Source: an uncultured virus (IMG/VR IMGVR_UViG_2645727884_000004)
Lineage: Duplodnaviria > Heunggongvirae > Uroviricota > Caudoviricetes
Reading direction: 5' to 3' (one strand)
Virus record (IMG/VR): IMGVR_UViG_2645727884_000004
Span: 1 to 64,000 of that record
Length of the DNA stretch: 64,000 bases
Positions 38,796 to 47,549 of this stretch are shown piece by piece. Below the pieces are notes generated by a model. That model ran no database searches, was not told where the DNA came from, and saw only the letters and a program-made list of their open reading frames with translations. Both the position numbers and the translations under genes were made by a program. Position 1 is the stretch's first letter. Every line of letters begins with the position of its first letter.

Positions 38796-39254
38796 TCAGG
38801 CGGCGACTGGCGAGGGCCAGGCGCCGACAGCGTCATAGATGCGGGCGGCCTGGGCTTCGTCCAGGGTCACGCTGTCGGGAATTGCAATCCAGCCGGAGCT
38901 GACGATGTGCTTCGAATTACAGCTGGCGAGGTGTTCGCGGTAGAAGGCCTCTATCACGTCGGTTAGCTGGTCGGCGAGGTAGACGCCTTGTGGCGCCACC
39001 TCGGTGCTCTTGATGTAGCGCTTGCCGAACTGGTCGATGCACAGGGCGCTGATGTAGATGCACCAGGGATGGGTGAAGTCGCACACCGCGTCAACCATGG
39101 GGTGCGACTTAATCAGCCTGCCGGTTTTCCAGTTCACTAGGTGCTGGTCGCCGGCTGGATCGATGTTGATCACGGCGGCGTGGTTGGTGCGCACCAGTGC
39201 CCGGCAGTTGCGCTCGAGGCGGGCGCGCATGTTGTGGGGCTTGCGGGTGCTCAT
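38796..39254 (-). CDS. Conserved phage hypothetical protein
   Basis: 152 aa, coupled to neighbours. Confidence 0.7.
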   Translation of the reverse strand: MSTRKPHNMRARLERNCRALVRTNHAAVINIDPAGDQHLVNWKTGRLIKSHPMVDAVCDFTHPWCIYISALCIDQFGKRYIKSTEVAPQGVYLADQLTDVIEAFYREHLASCNSKHIVSSGWIAIPDSVTLDEAQAARIYDAVGAWPSPVAA

Positions 39255-40765
39255 TTCGCCCCCTTGAACATGCGGCGCTCGGTCTGGCCGACGAGCCAGG
39301 CCTTCGGCACCTCATTGCCGGGCGAGGCGGTGAGCAGTTCGGCAGCACGCCACAGCGCGTCACTGGTGCGAAGATCGGAATAGGCCATGATCGCTTCCCA
39401 GTGGCTTTCCGCCTCTTCGTCATCGAACTCGGACAGCAACTGAACGATGGCAAAGGTCTGGGCGTGCTCCGGGGCACCGGAGTCAAACATGCCGGCAGCG
39501 TTGAGCGAGTATTTCCTTCCTTCGGCCGCTACCAGAGCGGCGGCATTTAACGGCACGCTGTGCTGAGCCTGGTTGTCGATCAACGCGATGATGTGGTCAG
39601 GCATGGTCAGCGCCTCGTAACGCACCATCAGGTCCGAGGCCTCATCTCCGCTGAGTAGCGGGTTCTTGAGTGCGACAGCAATTCGGCGCAGTTCCGAGTG
39701 GTCGCCGGACTGAGTCTGGGTTACTGGGGCGTCGGTGCGGGCCCAACCAGCTGAGCACATGGCAGCTTCGTCCACTGCTTGGATGTCATTCGTAGAGCTT
39801 AGGAAAACCACAATTGCCTCGGGGTTGCACTGCGCCCGAATAGCGTCATGGAACCGCTTGCATTCGTGAACCTGCTCTTCGTTGAAGTCGCCGACCAGGG
39901 CGATTACCGAAGCATCTACGGGAACATCCTTGATGCGCGCGGCGACCAGGGCTTCGAGTGCTTTGACCCTGGCCAGGGCAGCGTCGCGCAGTTTCTGGAG
40001 CGCCCTGGATTCAGCTTCCCAGTGGTCGGCAGCGCCTCGCAGTTCCTTAATCTCCATTTCCATTCCAGCGCACTGATGGCGCGCAGCATCGCCTTTTGCG
40101 GCCGCGTCGTTTGCCATAGCTAGTTCGGCTTCCAACTCCGCGCACCTGGCCAGGGCGGCGTCGCGCTCTTGCTCCAGTTGGTCGATACCAACAGACAGGT
40201 AGCCGTCCATCATGCCCATCATGCGGTGTTCGAGGGCGTCGGCGCGCTCGTTGGCGGCGTCTCGCTCTTTTTCGCAGCGCCCCCAGCCGTTCGTTGCGCT
40301 ACCGAGCTTGAAGATCAGCTCGGTGTTGCGCTCTCGCTGAGATTGAAGCTCCGCCCGCAGTGCTTCGACTTCGGCCTGGGCGACTTTCAGTTGATCCTCC
40401 AAGCGCTTGGCATAGCCGCGAATGCCTTGCACGGTCCAGCCACCATCGATGGCGTCTTGCGGCAGCCCTTCGCAGATACGCTCGAACTGGCGCAGGCGCA
40501 CGGCGATTTCGTTCTTGTGGTCTCGCTCCTGTTCGGCCAGGTATTGCCAGTGCTCGGCAGCCGGCCATGGGGACGGAACAACCACTGCGTCGACCGTAAT
40601 TCCCTCTGGCATCGGCAGGGCATTCAGGTCGGCCGCGTGCTTGTCGGCGTCTTCGCGGCTGAATGCTGCGTACAGTTCGTCCGGCCCTTGGGCATGTACA
40701 GCCCACAGTTCCGGCCGCTCCGCCTCGGCGATGGGCAGGCTGTCTTGTTGGGTCTTCTGGCTCAT
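39251..40765 (-). CDS. Mosaic coiled-coil protein (Ead/Ea22-like)
   Basis: 504 aa, repeated (E/L)RDAA(LAR) heptads, DAIDGGWT motif. Confidence 0.6.
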   Translation of the reverse strand: MSQKTQQDSLPIAEAERPELWAVHAQGPDELYAAFSREDADKHAADLNALPMPEGITVDAVVVPSPWPAAEHWQYLAEQERDHKNEIAVRLRQFERICEGLPQDAIDGGWTVQGIRGYAKRLEDQLKVAQAEVEALRAELQSQRERNTELIFKLGSATNGWGRCEKERDAANERADALEHRMMGMMDGYLSVGIDQLEQERDAALARCAELEAELAMANDAAAKGDAARHQCAGMEMEIKELRGAADHWEAESRALQKLRDAALARVKALEALVAARIKDVPVDASVIALVGDFNEEQVHECKRFHDAIRAQCNPEAIVVFLSSTNDIQAVDEAAMCSAGWARTDAPVTQTQSGDHSELRRIAVALKNPLLSGDEASDLMVRYEALTMPDHIIALIDNQAQHSVPLNAAALVAAEGRKYSLNAAGMFDSGAPEHAQTFAIVQLLSEFDDEEAESHWEAIMAYSDLRTSDALWRAAELLTASPGNEVPKAWLVGQTERRMFKGAK

Positions 40766-41940
40766 GCTGCCTCCTTGAACGTCTTGCGCAGGTTTGCGGA
40801 GACAGAGCGGCCGCGCTTCTGCACGATCCTGGCCAGCCTCCGGCGGGCGTTGTGGCTGTGGCTGGCCTGGTCCAGCAGGCCGAAGTAGCTGTTGGCGGTT
40901 TCGCGCAGCTGTTCCCCCGGCGCGGCGCTTACCTGGCGCAGGGCAGTTTCCACGGTGCGCGGGCGTGTGACGCGGCGGTGCGGAAGGATCACCTGGCCAA
41001 CGAAATCGATCCCGCGGGCGATGGGCTGGAGCACGGTCTTCGCAGGGTTGAGTCGGGCATGTAACGTGTCGGCCAGGAATGCCTCGATCTGGTTGTGCCA
41101 GGCATTCAGCTGTTGGGGAGACTCGGCCAGCAGAACGAAGTCATCGACGTAACGGATGTAGTGCTTCACGCGCAGCTGGTGTTTCACGAACTGGTCCAGA
41201 GCGTCGAGGTGCACGTTGGCGAAGAACTGTGACGACAGGTTGCCGATAGGCAGGCCCAGGTACGCCGGCTGGGCGGTGAGCCGCTTGTGCTGCGGCACGC
41301 GATTCAGCAAGCGGGTGGGGCTGCGGGTTTCGTAGTTGGTGCGTGGGTCGTGCCAGAGGATCTGTAGGGCAAGTGCCCGCCAGGTTGGCTCGGGGATGCG
41401 CGCGATCAGTTGCTGCTCGAGCACCCGCTTGTCGAGGGAGATGAAGAAATTGGACAGGTCGCACTTCAGGTAGAAGGCGCGGCGTTTCCAGTTGCGGGTG
41501 ATGCTGCGCACCTTCTTCTCCAGGCGCTGGGCGCCATAGAGTGTGCCGCGGCCCTTGATGCAGGCACAGCTATCAACAATGAAGGAGCGCTCGATGCGCG
41601 GGCCGATGTGGTTGTACAGCAGGTGGTGGACGATTCTGTCTCTGAAGTCGGCGGCCCACACCTCGCGGTGCTTCGGGTGGGTCACGACAAAGCAGATGGA
41701 GGCGCCGGGTTGGTAGGCGCCGGTGTTCAGCTCATGGTGGAGTTGCATGATGTTGCGCTCCAGGTTGAACTCGAATGCAAGGGCCGACTTGCTGTTGCGC
41801 TTGCTGCGCCGGCAGTCGTAATAGGCCTGCATGAGTGCCTCGATAGAAAATCCAGCATGGCCGCCGGTGTTGCCGTTCGATGCTGCGGACGGCGAAAGCG
41901 GGCCGTGCGTTGTCCTTGTCGTCGTTGTTCTGGTTGCCAT
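40762..41940 (-). CDS. DGR reverse transcriptase (start uncertain: 41940 or 41832)
   Basis: FRDRIVHH, GLPIGNLSSQFFAN, YIRYVDDF, GIDFVG; no maturase/endonuclease domain. Confidence 0.93.
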   Translation of the reverse strand: MATRTTTTRTTHGPLSPSAASNGNTGGHAGFSIEALMQAYYDCRRSKRNSKSALAFEFNLERNIMQLHHELNTGAYQPGASICFVVTHPKHREVWAADFRDRIVHHLLYNHIGPRIERSFIVDSCACIKGRGTLYGAQRLEKKVRSITRNWKRRAFYLKCDLSNFFISLDKRVLEQQLIARIPEPTWRALALQILWHDPRTNYETRSPTRLLNRVPQHKRLTAQPAYLGLPIGNLSSQFFANVHLDALDQFVKHQLRVKHYIRYVDDFVLLAESPQQLNAWHNQIEAFLADTLHARLNPAKTVLQPIARGIDFVGQVILPHRRVTRPRTVETALRQVSAAPGEQLRETANSYFGLLDQASHSHNARRRLARIVQKRGRSVSANLRKTFKEAA

Positions 41941-41982
41941 CGTCGAAGTTCTGGATCCACGCGTTGTTCGGGCCGTTCTGCG
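41883..41982 (-). repeat. DGR template repeat (TR)
   Basis: 100 bp, 29 adenines on the coding strand, eight AAC codons in the VR frame. Confidence 0.95.
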
Positions 41983-42154
41983 CCAGGTCGTGCTATCTAC
42001 GTCGCGCTGCCGAAGGCCGAGGCCGATCAGTGGCGAGACTGCGCAGGGCCTGCCGGGACGATGCCCGGCGGTTCCCCTGGTGCGCATGACGGTGGCCTTG
42101 TGAGCCAGCGGCACGACCAGAATCAAAATCGCGCTGGTGTGAGGGCCGTGGCGC

Positions 42155-42517
42155 TCACACGGCTGGCGATGCGGCGGCATTTCGTTTCCACCCAGTGGCC
42201 TGCCGGCCTATGTCGTCGGTGATTTCAATGGCTCGGCCGTGCTGGGCTCCGCTGAGCAGCCCGAGGTCGACCGAGAGGCGCAGCATCAGTTCGACGACCT
42301 GGATGCGTTCCAGGATCAGCTGAATGTGCGCTACCCGTTCCTGGCCGCCGGCCGTGTTGGCGCGGAAGATCAGGATCGACACGTCGATGCACTCGTTGAG
42401 CACCTTTTCCCCGAGGGTGCGCTTGAAGTCGCGGCGCCACCCTTTGGAGAGGTCGGCTACAAGCCGGGCCAGTTCTCCGGCGCGTTTGTAGATCGGCAGG
42501 TGTTGGGCGATGGCCAT
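42155..42517 (-). CDS. avd: Accessory variability determinant (four-helix bundle)
   Basis: LPIYK...LG......I.RAN...IGRQATGW; between target and TR. Confidence 0.88.
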   Translation of the reverse strand: MAIAQHLPIYKRAGELARLVADLSKGWRRDFKRTLGEKVLNECIDVSILIFRANTAGGQERVAHIQLILERIQVVELMLRLSVDLGLLSGAQHGRAIEITDDIGRQATGWKRNAAASPAV

Positions 42518-42531
42518 GCTGGAAAACTCGC

Positions 42532-43194
42532 TTACTGCGCGCTGCGCGCGCAGTTGTTCAGAGCATTAAGTGGTGAAGGGATGAGGATTCTGCGGACGGC
42601 GAAAGCGGGCCGTGCGTTGCCCTTGACGCCGTTGCTCTGGGTGCCATCGTCGAAGTACTGGAGCCACGCGTAGTTCGGGCCGTACTGCGTGCTGGTGAGG
42701 CACCAGCCCTTGCCCTGAAACTGTTCAGGGATGTGTGCCCAGCACAGGTACGCCTCTGCGCGGGACGGCAGGTAGAGATCCGTGTGTCCTTCAGCTTCCT
42801 GCTCGGTGGCCCATAGCGCAGCAGGGTGATCGATATCATGAGCGGTCAACGCACGGGTGTTGGCCAGGCCGTCGCGGATGTGATCTGCGCCGGTGACCCG
42901 GTAGCCGCGGCCGCCGTAGGTGATCGAGTCGATCTGTGCATGCTTCGGGGCGATAAGGTGGTAATCCGGTTCGCCATTTTCGCCACGCATCACGCCGACG
43001 TAAGTGCCGCCCTGGCCGTGCCAGTGCTGGCCGATAGCGGGCGGAGTGAGGTGGGCATCGAGAGTGATCAAGTTGCCCTGGATGCTGCCGCTGGGTATCA
43101 GGCCTGTTTCCTGTTCCAAGGTGTGGCGGGCGAGCAGGGCGTTGGTGGTGATGAGCGTGGTGTCGCCGATTGCCAGAGTGATTTCGTTCTGCAT
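42532..43194 (-). CDS. DGR target protein 1 (DUF1566/CLec-like)
   Basis: DGLANT, LYLPSRAE, C-terminal VR ending AVRR. Confidence 0.88.
   Translation of the reverse strand: MQNEITLAIGDTTLITTNALLARHTLEQETGLIPSGSIQGNLITLDAHLTPPAIGQHWHGQGGTYVGVMRGENGEPDYHLIAPKHAQIDSITYGGRGYRVTGADHIRDGLANTRALTAHDIDHPAALWATEQEAEGHTDLYLPSRAEAYLCWAHIPEQFQGKGWCLTSTQYGPNYAWLQYFDDGTQSNGVKGNARPAFAVRRILIPSPLNALNNCARSAQ
42534..42554. other. DGR target-recognition hairpin after VR1
   Basis: ACTGCGCGC-TGC-GCGCGCAGT, 36 nt from VR1 3' end. Confidence 0.75.
42590..42689 (-). repeat. Variable repeat VR1
   Basis: 9 mismatches to TR, all at TR adenines. Confidence 0.95.
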
Positions 43195-43221
43195 GGTCTA
43201 GTCCTCAAAAATTTGAGCCGA

Positions 43222-43240
43222 CCGCGCGCGGGGCGCGCGG
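43222..43240. other. DGR target-recognition hairpin after VR2
   Basis: CCGCGCGC-GGG-GCGCGCGG, 36 nt from VR2 3' end. Confidence 0.75.
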
Positions 43241-43256
43241 CAGGAAAGCGAAGTGG

Positions 43257-43871
43257 TCAAGGGGTGACTTTGATTCTGCGGACGGCGAAAGCGGGCCGTG
43301 CGAAGTCCTTGCCGCCGTCGTACTGGTAGCCACCGACGAAGTACTGGACCCACGCGTCGTCCGGGCCGTTCTGCGTACTGGTCCAATAACTGCGGGCCTC
43401 CAGCGCCTCCTCGCCGCCATCCTGGAAGATGGCAATGGGGCTCTGCCCGGGCGCCACGGCGGTGTACGGGTAGCCCGGCGGCAAGCTGCTGGGGTTGTCG
43501 CCATCGCGGAAGCTGCACCAGTTCTCATCGGTGGTGGGCTTGCAGACCCGATAGATCATTTCGTTCTCGTCGCGGGCGCCGAGATACCAGTCGTTGTGGC
43601 CGCCAATCGAAAGGCCGAGCGCCCAGGCGGCCAGTTTCGAGCCGGCTTCGGCCATGGCCTTGGTGTTGGCCAGGCCGTCCACGAAGCTATCGGCGTCCGG
43701 GATCAGCAGTCCGTACTCACCTCAGTGGATGGGAGCGTGGAAGCCCAGTGCTTTGGGTGCGCGGATGAGGGCGAAGCGCTCGCCCTGAATCTGGTACTGG
43801 CCCATGTAGAAGCCGCCCTCGAACGGGGTGCCGAGGACGGTTGGCAGGGCGATGCTGGTCAGTGCGTTCAT
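43257..43871 (-). pseudogene. DGR target protein 2 (DUF1566/CLec-like), in-frame TGA at codon 50
   Basis: MNALTSIALP..GTPFEGGFY..PIH*GEYG..DGLANT..DWYL..YWTSTQ; stop at 43722-43724; in-frame GTG at 43682. Confidence 0.85.
43276..43375 (-). repeat. Variable repeat VR2
   Basis: 13 mismatches to TR, all at TR adenines. Confidence 0.95.
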
Positions 43872-43882
43872 GTTTCATTTCC

Positions 43883-44425
43883 TCAGGCATTCGCGGTGCG
43901 ATGGGTGATGGAGAGCAGATCCATCAGGCGGTAGTGGAAGCGGGTGCTGGCTTCTTCGATGGACCAGGGCTTGATGCGTGCCGCCAAGGGCTGGATACCG
44001 TTCAGGCAGGCCCACTCGGCGGGGTCGGCAGGCATCAGGTCGCGGCGCTCGGTGGCCAGCGCCACCAGGTCGGCGTGCTTGACTGACTCCGGCAGTTCCT
44101 TGTCCAGGTCGAACCGGGTGCAGATGGCTTCCCAGATGTGGTCCTCGACTTCGCGGTAGGCATGTATCTGCTTCTTGAGCGGCCGGACCATGTCACCGAC
44201 GTAGGACTCGGTGGCGTCATGCAGCAGGGCGGACAGGCAGTCGGTGCTCGGCACCAGGTCTGCCACCAGGTAGCTGTGCTGGGCAACGCTGTAGTGCTGG
44301 GACACGTGGCCGTTGAACCGGCAGCAGTGGGCCAGGGCGTGGGAGATATCCCGCGGATCGATCATTTCCGGCTTGGGCTCGAATAGGTCGAAGCGCTTGC
44401 CGGTGTAGGTGAGAATCCAGGTCAT
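43883..44425 (-). CDS. HD-superfamily phosphohydrolase (YfdR/YfbR-like)
   Basis: DISHAL..CRFNGH..YSVAQHS..LLHDA.E.Y.GD. Confidence 0.88.
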   Translation of the reverse strand: MTWILTYTGKRFDLFEPKPEMIDPRDISHALAHCCRFNGHVSQHYSVAQHSYLVADLVPSTDCLSALLHDATESYVGDMVRPLKKQIHAYREVEDHIWEAICTRFDLDKELPESVKHADLVALATERRDLMPADPAEWACLNGIQPLAARIKPWSIEEASTRFHYRLMDLLSITHRTANA

Positions 44426-44428
44426 GGG

Positions 44429-45169
44429 TCACCTCACATGCACATCGGCGCGGTGTCGCCGGTGTAGTCGAGGTCCACCGCCTCCCAGGCGGAGAGTCTG
44501 TCTGTCGACTTGGCGTGCGGCAGGTTGGCCCCCAGGTGCCTCGGACTCCTCGGCCTTGACCAAGGCGTAGGTGACGGCCTCGCGGATCGTCCTGGTGCCC
44601 CGGAAGGTATCGCCGACCTCGAAGCTCAAGGTGAAGGTGCCGAAGTCTGCGGAGCCGGTTGCATGCTGCTCGAGGAAGTCAAACAGCTTCGTATCAAGCG
44701 GCGGGGGCACTTCAGCGGCGAGTGCGGCCGGGATGCGCTGGAGCAACGCGCGGATTGCTTCCTGCGCGGCGTGGGCCTCTTCAGCCTTGTCGTTAGCGTG
44801 CAGGCGGGCGAACACGTCTCCGGCCAGGCGGAGCAGCTTCGCGGAGGTGGTGAGGGTGTCTCCGTCGCCTGGCTGAAACTGAGCGTACTGGGTACGGGCG
44901 TTGTTCCTGTCCAGGATCTGGTCGGCCTGCAGAAGCAGTGCTGCACGATCGTTGATGTGTTTCGCCTGCATCGCGCCCACGTCGGCCTGGAGAGCTCGAA
45001 TGTGGACCTGCTGGTCTTCGATGCGGAGTTCGCAGGCTCTGGATGCATCGTCGTGGCCGGAGTTGTAGCCATTGGCATAGGCGGCGCGAGAGGCGCGGAG
45101 TGCGAAGAACAGAACCGCGGCGCAGGCGAGAGCCAGTCCGCCGATGATGAACTGATAGGTGATAGGCAT
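44429..45169 (-). CDS. Hypothetical protein, N-terminal TM + coiled coil
   Basis: 246 aa; C-terminus may be frameshifted at C5 run ~44529-44533. Confidence 0.65.
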   Translation of the reverse strand: MPITYQFIIGGLALACAAVLFFALRASRAAYANGYNSGHDDASRACELRIEDQQVHIRALQADVGAMQAKHINDRAALLLQADQILDRNNARTQYAQFQPGDGDTLTTSAKLLRLAGDVFARLHANDKAEEAHAAQEAIRALLQRIPAALAAEVPPPLDTKLFDFLEQHATGSADFGTFTLSFEVGDTFRGTRTIREAVTYALVKAEESEAPGGQPAARQVDRQTLRLGGGGPRLHRRHRADVHVR

Positions 45170-45235
45170 GTGCTGTGTCCTCGTATAGCCCGCCGCCGGT
45201 GTAGAGGCCGGCGGCGGGGTGCTGCGTGGTAGGAG

Positions 45236-46045
45236 TTATTCGCCGACCTTGAAGGTGCCGATGGTCAGATCGGTGGAGGTGATGTCGGTAGCGAGCATGT
45301 CCTTGAACTCCTGCGCGATTTCCTCTCGCACCTGCTGTTCAGCTACCCAGCGAGGCTTGATTACCGGTTTGGCTTCGCCAGTCAGCACTGACAGGCGCAG
45401 GACGAAACTGCGCAGCGGCAGGCCGTCGTAGGGCAGGCAGGTGAAGATCAGCGAGGCCGGCAGCGTGTCCTGGCTGGCAGCCTCGATCTGGTCCATGGCG
45501 CTGCGCGACGCATTGAAGTTGCCCTCAACGCTGGTGCGCTCGCTGGAAGCCTTGATGGTGATGTTGCGTACTGCCGCGATGGCCTGGACCAGGGGCATTT
45601 CCTGATCATCCGGGGAGATCGCCTTCAGGAAGTCGCGCCAGTCTTCCATCCACTCAGCCAGGTCCTTCTGCGACAGACGCTGGCCAGCGATGTCTTGCAG
45701 AGCGGCATAAGCGGCCGTGGGCTGCAGCGCCAAGGTGGCGATATCGTCGGCGTGCCCGGCCAGTTCGGTATCACCCAGGTTGAAGATCACCCGGCAGGAC
45801 ATGCTGTCCTTGTCGACGAAGCCGCGAGCCTCTTCTCCGGCGCGCTCGTTCACGTAGGTTACGAAATCTGCGAGCGAGGAGGTGGTCAGGGCACCACGGA
45901 AACGGTTGCGGTGCGCTTCCAGCCGTTCCAGGCTTTGGAGCTTGAAGCCCTCCGGGACAACCGCCATGGCGCCGGCCGAGCCGGTGATACGGGTGCCTGC
46001 GGCAGCGATGGCGTTGGCGAGGACCAGTTGCAGTGCTTCTTTCAT
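45236..46045 (-). CDS. YfdQ / DUF2303 family protein
   Basis: RFRGALTTSS..DF...FNLG..GHAD...LAEW.EDW. Confidence 0.85.
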   Translation of the reverse strand: MKEALQLVLANAIAAAGTRITGSAGAMAVVPEGFKLQSLERLEAHRNRFRGALTTSSLADFVTYVNERAGEEARGFVDKDSMSCRVIFNLGDTELAGHADDIATLALQPTAAYAALQDIAGQRLSQKDLAEWMEDWRDFLKAISPDDQEMPLVQAIAAVRNITIKASSERTSVEGNFNASRSAMDQIEAASQDTLPASLIFTCLPYDGLPLRSFVLRLSVLTGEAKPVIKPRWVAEQQVREEIAQEFKDMLATDITSTDLTIGTFKVGE

Positions 46046-46090
46046 GTGCTGTGTTCCTTGATGTAGTAGAGGTTGTGGGGTGTGGACGGG

Positions 46091-46438
46091 TTAAGCGTCC
46101 TGGGGGACGACCGGTGCCTGCTGGCGGTTGAACAACTGGTCGGTCGGGTTGGTCTGGAATAGCTCCAGGCCGTTAGGGGTGACGTACATCGGGGTGTCCA
46201 GCGCGGTGTCTTCGCTGCGACTGCCGCGCTTGGTGGGCACCTTGTAGTCGAGTTTGTGGTTGATCTTTACCTGGTTGGATTCGCCGATCTGACTGAGCTC
46301 CAAGGTGATGACGACTTTGCCTTTCTTGCCGAACTCGACCACGCCGGAGCCGACGTCGGAGAGGGCCGTGCCGATCTGGTTGGCGAAGACGCCCGCATTC
46401 AGCGAGCTGAAGAAGTCGTTCACGTCGGTCTTTTTCAT
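46091..46438 (-). CDS. YfdP-like hypothetical protein
   Basis: L.AGVF...KGKV.I...PT.RG...E...TPMYV; precedes YfdQ. Confidence 0.7.
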   Translation of the reverse strand: MKKTDVNDFFSSLNAGVFANQIGTALSDVGSGVVEFGKKGKVVITLELSQIGESNQVKINHKLDYKVPTKRGSRSEDTALDTPMYVTPNGLELFQTNPTDQLFNRQQAPVVPQDA

Positions 46439-46655
46439 GTGCTGTGCCTCGTTGGTGGTGGTTGGTATTCCCCAGGACGCTCTCGTCGAAAGCGCCCTGG
46501 GGAAGGCCCGTCTCCAGGCCTTCCGGTTTCACATACGCCGCCATATGTGACTGCTGGTCGAGCTCGGCCAGTTGGGCTGACCTGCCCCGGTTGGGATGTC
46601 TACATGGCTGCCACTCCTCCCTGTCGTTTCACCCGGTTGCGCCGGGGCGCGTCGA

Positions 46656-46892
46656 TCAGGCTGCCTTGACGCCCTTAGCGTCGAGGAACTCGGCCAGGTC
46701 CGTCAGGTACACCAGCGGCTCCTCCAGTCGGGACGTCGTGAGCTTGCGGGTGACCAGTGCCACCTCCCCGCTCTTGATCAGAGCCCGCAGGCGTTTATCG
46801 GTCTTCAGGTGTGGGAAGTACGCTGCCCGGACCTGGGCGAGGGTGAGCGTTGCTGTACCCCACTGCTGGTAGAGCTGCTCAAGTGTCGTCAT
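46656..46892 (-). CDS. Pyocin activator PrtN-family DNA-binding protein
   Basis: T...L..Q.G...L..VR..YF.HL.....VYLTDLAEFLD. Confidence 0.7.
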   Translation of the reverse strand: MTTLEQLYQQWGTATLTLAQVRAAYFPHLKTDKRLRALIKSGEVALVTRKLTTSRLEEPLVYLTDLAEFLDAKGVKAA

Positions 46893-47257
46893 AGCGCCTC
46901 CCCGCGCCCCGCTGGTAGGCGAGCCGACACCAAGGCGACTAGGCCGTTGACTGTCTTGCCGAGGCCGCTAGCGGCGATGTTGCCCGCCGCGTCGGTGACT
47001 ATGGCGCCGTAAGGGCGCACTTCGTCGTTGGTGAGCGTGACGTGGGGTAGCCAGCCGCGCGGGGTGATGGCCACCAAGGCGGTATAGAGGAGCGCCAGTT
47101 GAGTTACTTCCTGGGGCTGGGTGTCCAGGCGGTCGATGCACTCTGCCGCGGCGGCCTGTAGAGCGTCGGCCGGGTAGGCAGTCGGTGCCGCGAAGTGCAT
47201 GCCGACCAGCTTGAGCGTGCCGACGGCGTCGGCGATGGGGTTCGGTTTCGGAGTCAT
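46889..47257 (-). CDS. Hypothetical protein
   Basis: 122 aa, 4-nt overlaps on both sides. Confidence 0.65.
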   Translation of the reverse strand: MTPKPNPIADAVGTLKLVGMHFAAPTAYPADALQAAAAECIDRLDTQPQEVTQLALLYTALVAITPRGWLPHVTLTNDEVRPYGAIVTDAAGNIAASGLGKTVNGLVALVSARLPAGRGEAL

Positions 47258-47538
47258 GCCACGTCGTCCTTGTGCTGGGTGACGGTGATGGACACGCCGA
47301 GGCGCTTGGCCAGGTAGGCGATTCCAGCCTCGGTGACCATCACCACGCTGTAGTGGGTGTACTGGCCCAGTCGCGGGTTCCAGCGCGAGCGCGGATCCAT
47401 GAACAGGTGGCCCTGGCCGATGTGCTTGGCCGCCAGGGTGCCGTCCTGGTTCAGGTCCTTGTGCTGCCGCAGGTGGTTGCGCAGGTCCCGTTCGCTGACG
47501 CCGAGGGCGGCAGCTGCATGGCGGATATCCCGGTTCAT
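47254..47538 (-). CDS. Antirepressor KilAC-like domain protein
   Basis: AAALGVSE..LR..LR...VTEAGIAYL. Confidence 0.65.
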   Translation of the reverse strand: MNRDIRHAAAALGVSERDLRNHLRQHKDLNQDGTLAAKHIGQGHLFMDPRSRWNPRLGQYTHYSVVMVTEAGIAYLAKRLGVSITVTQHKDDVA

Positions 47539-47549
47539 GGCGGGCCCTC

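Larger units (their letters stand above)
40762..43871 (-). mobile_element. Diversity-generating retroelement: target2-target1-avd-TR-RT
   Basis: RT, Avd, TR and two VRs differing from TR only at TR adenines. Confidence 0.96.

Noticed and set aside
40762..42180. RT as group II intron or retron; 472-aa call
   Set aside because: TR/VR/avd context and the IGNLSSQ motif indicate a DGR; the extension to 42180 overlaps avd and the spacer and looks non-coding.
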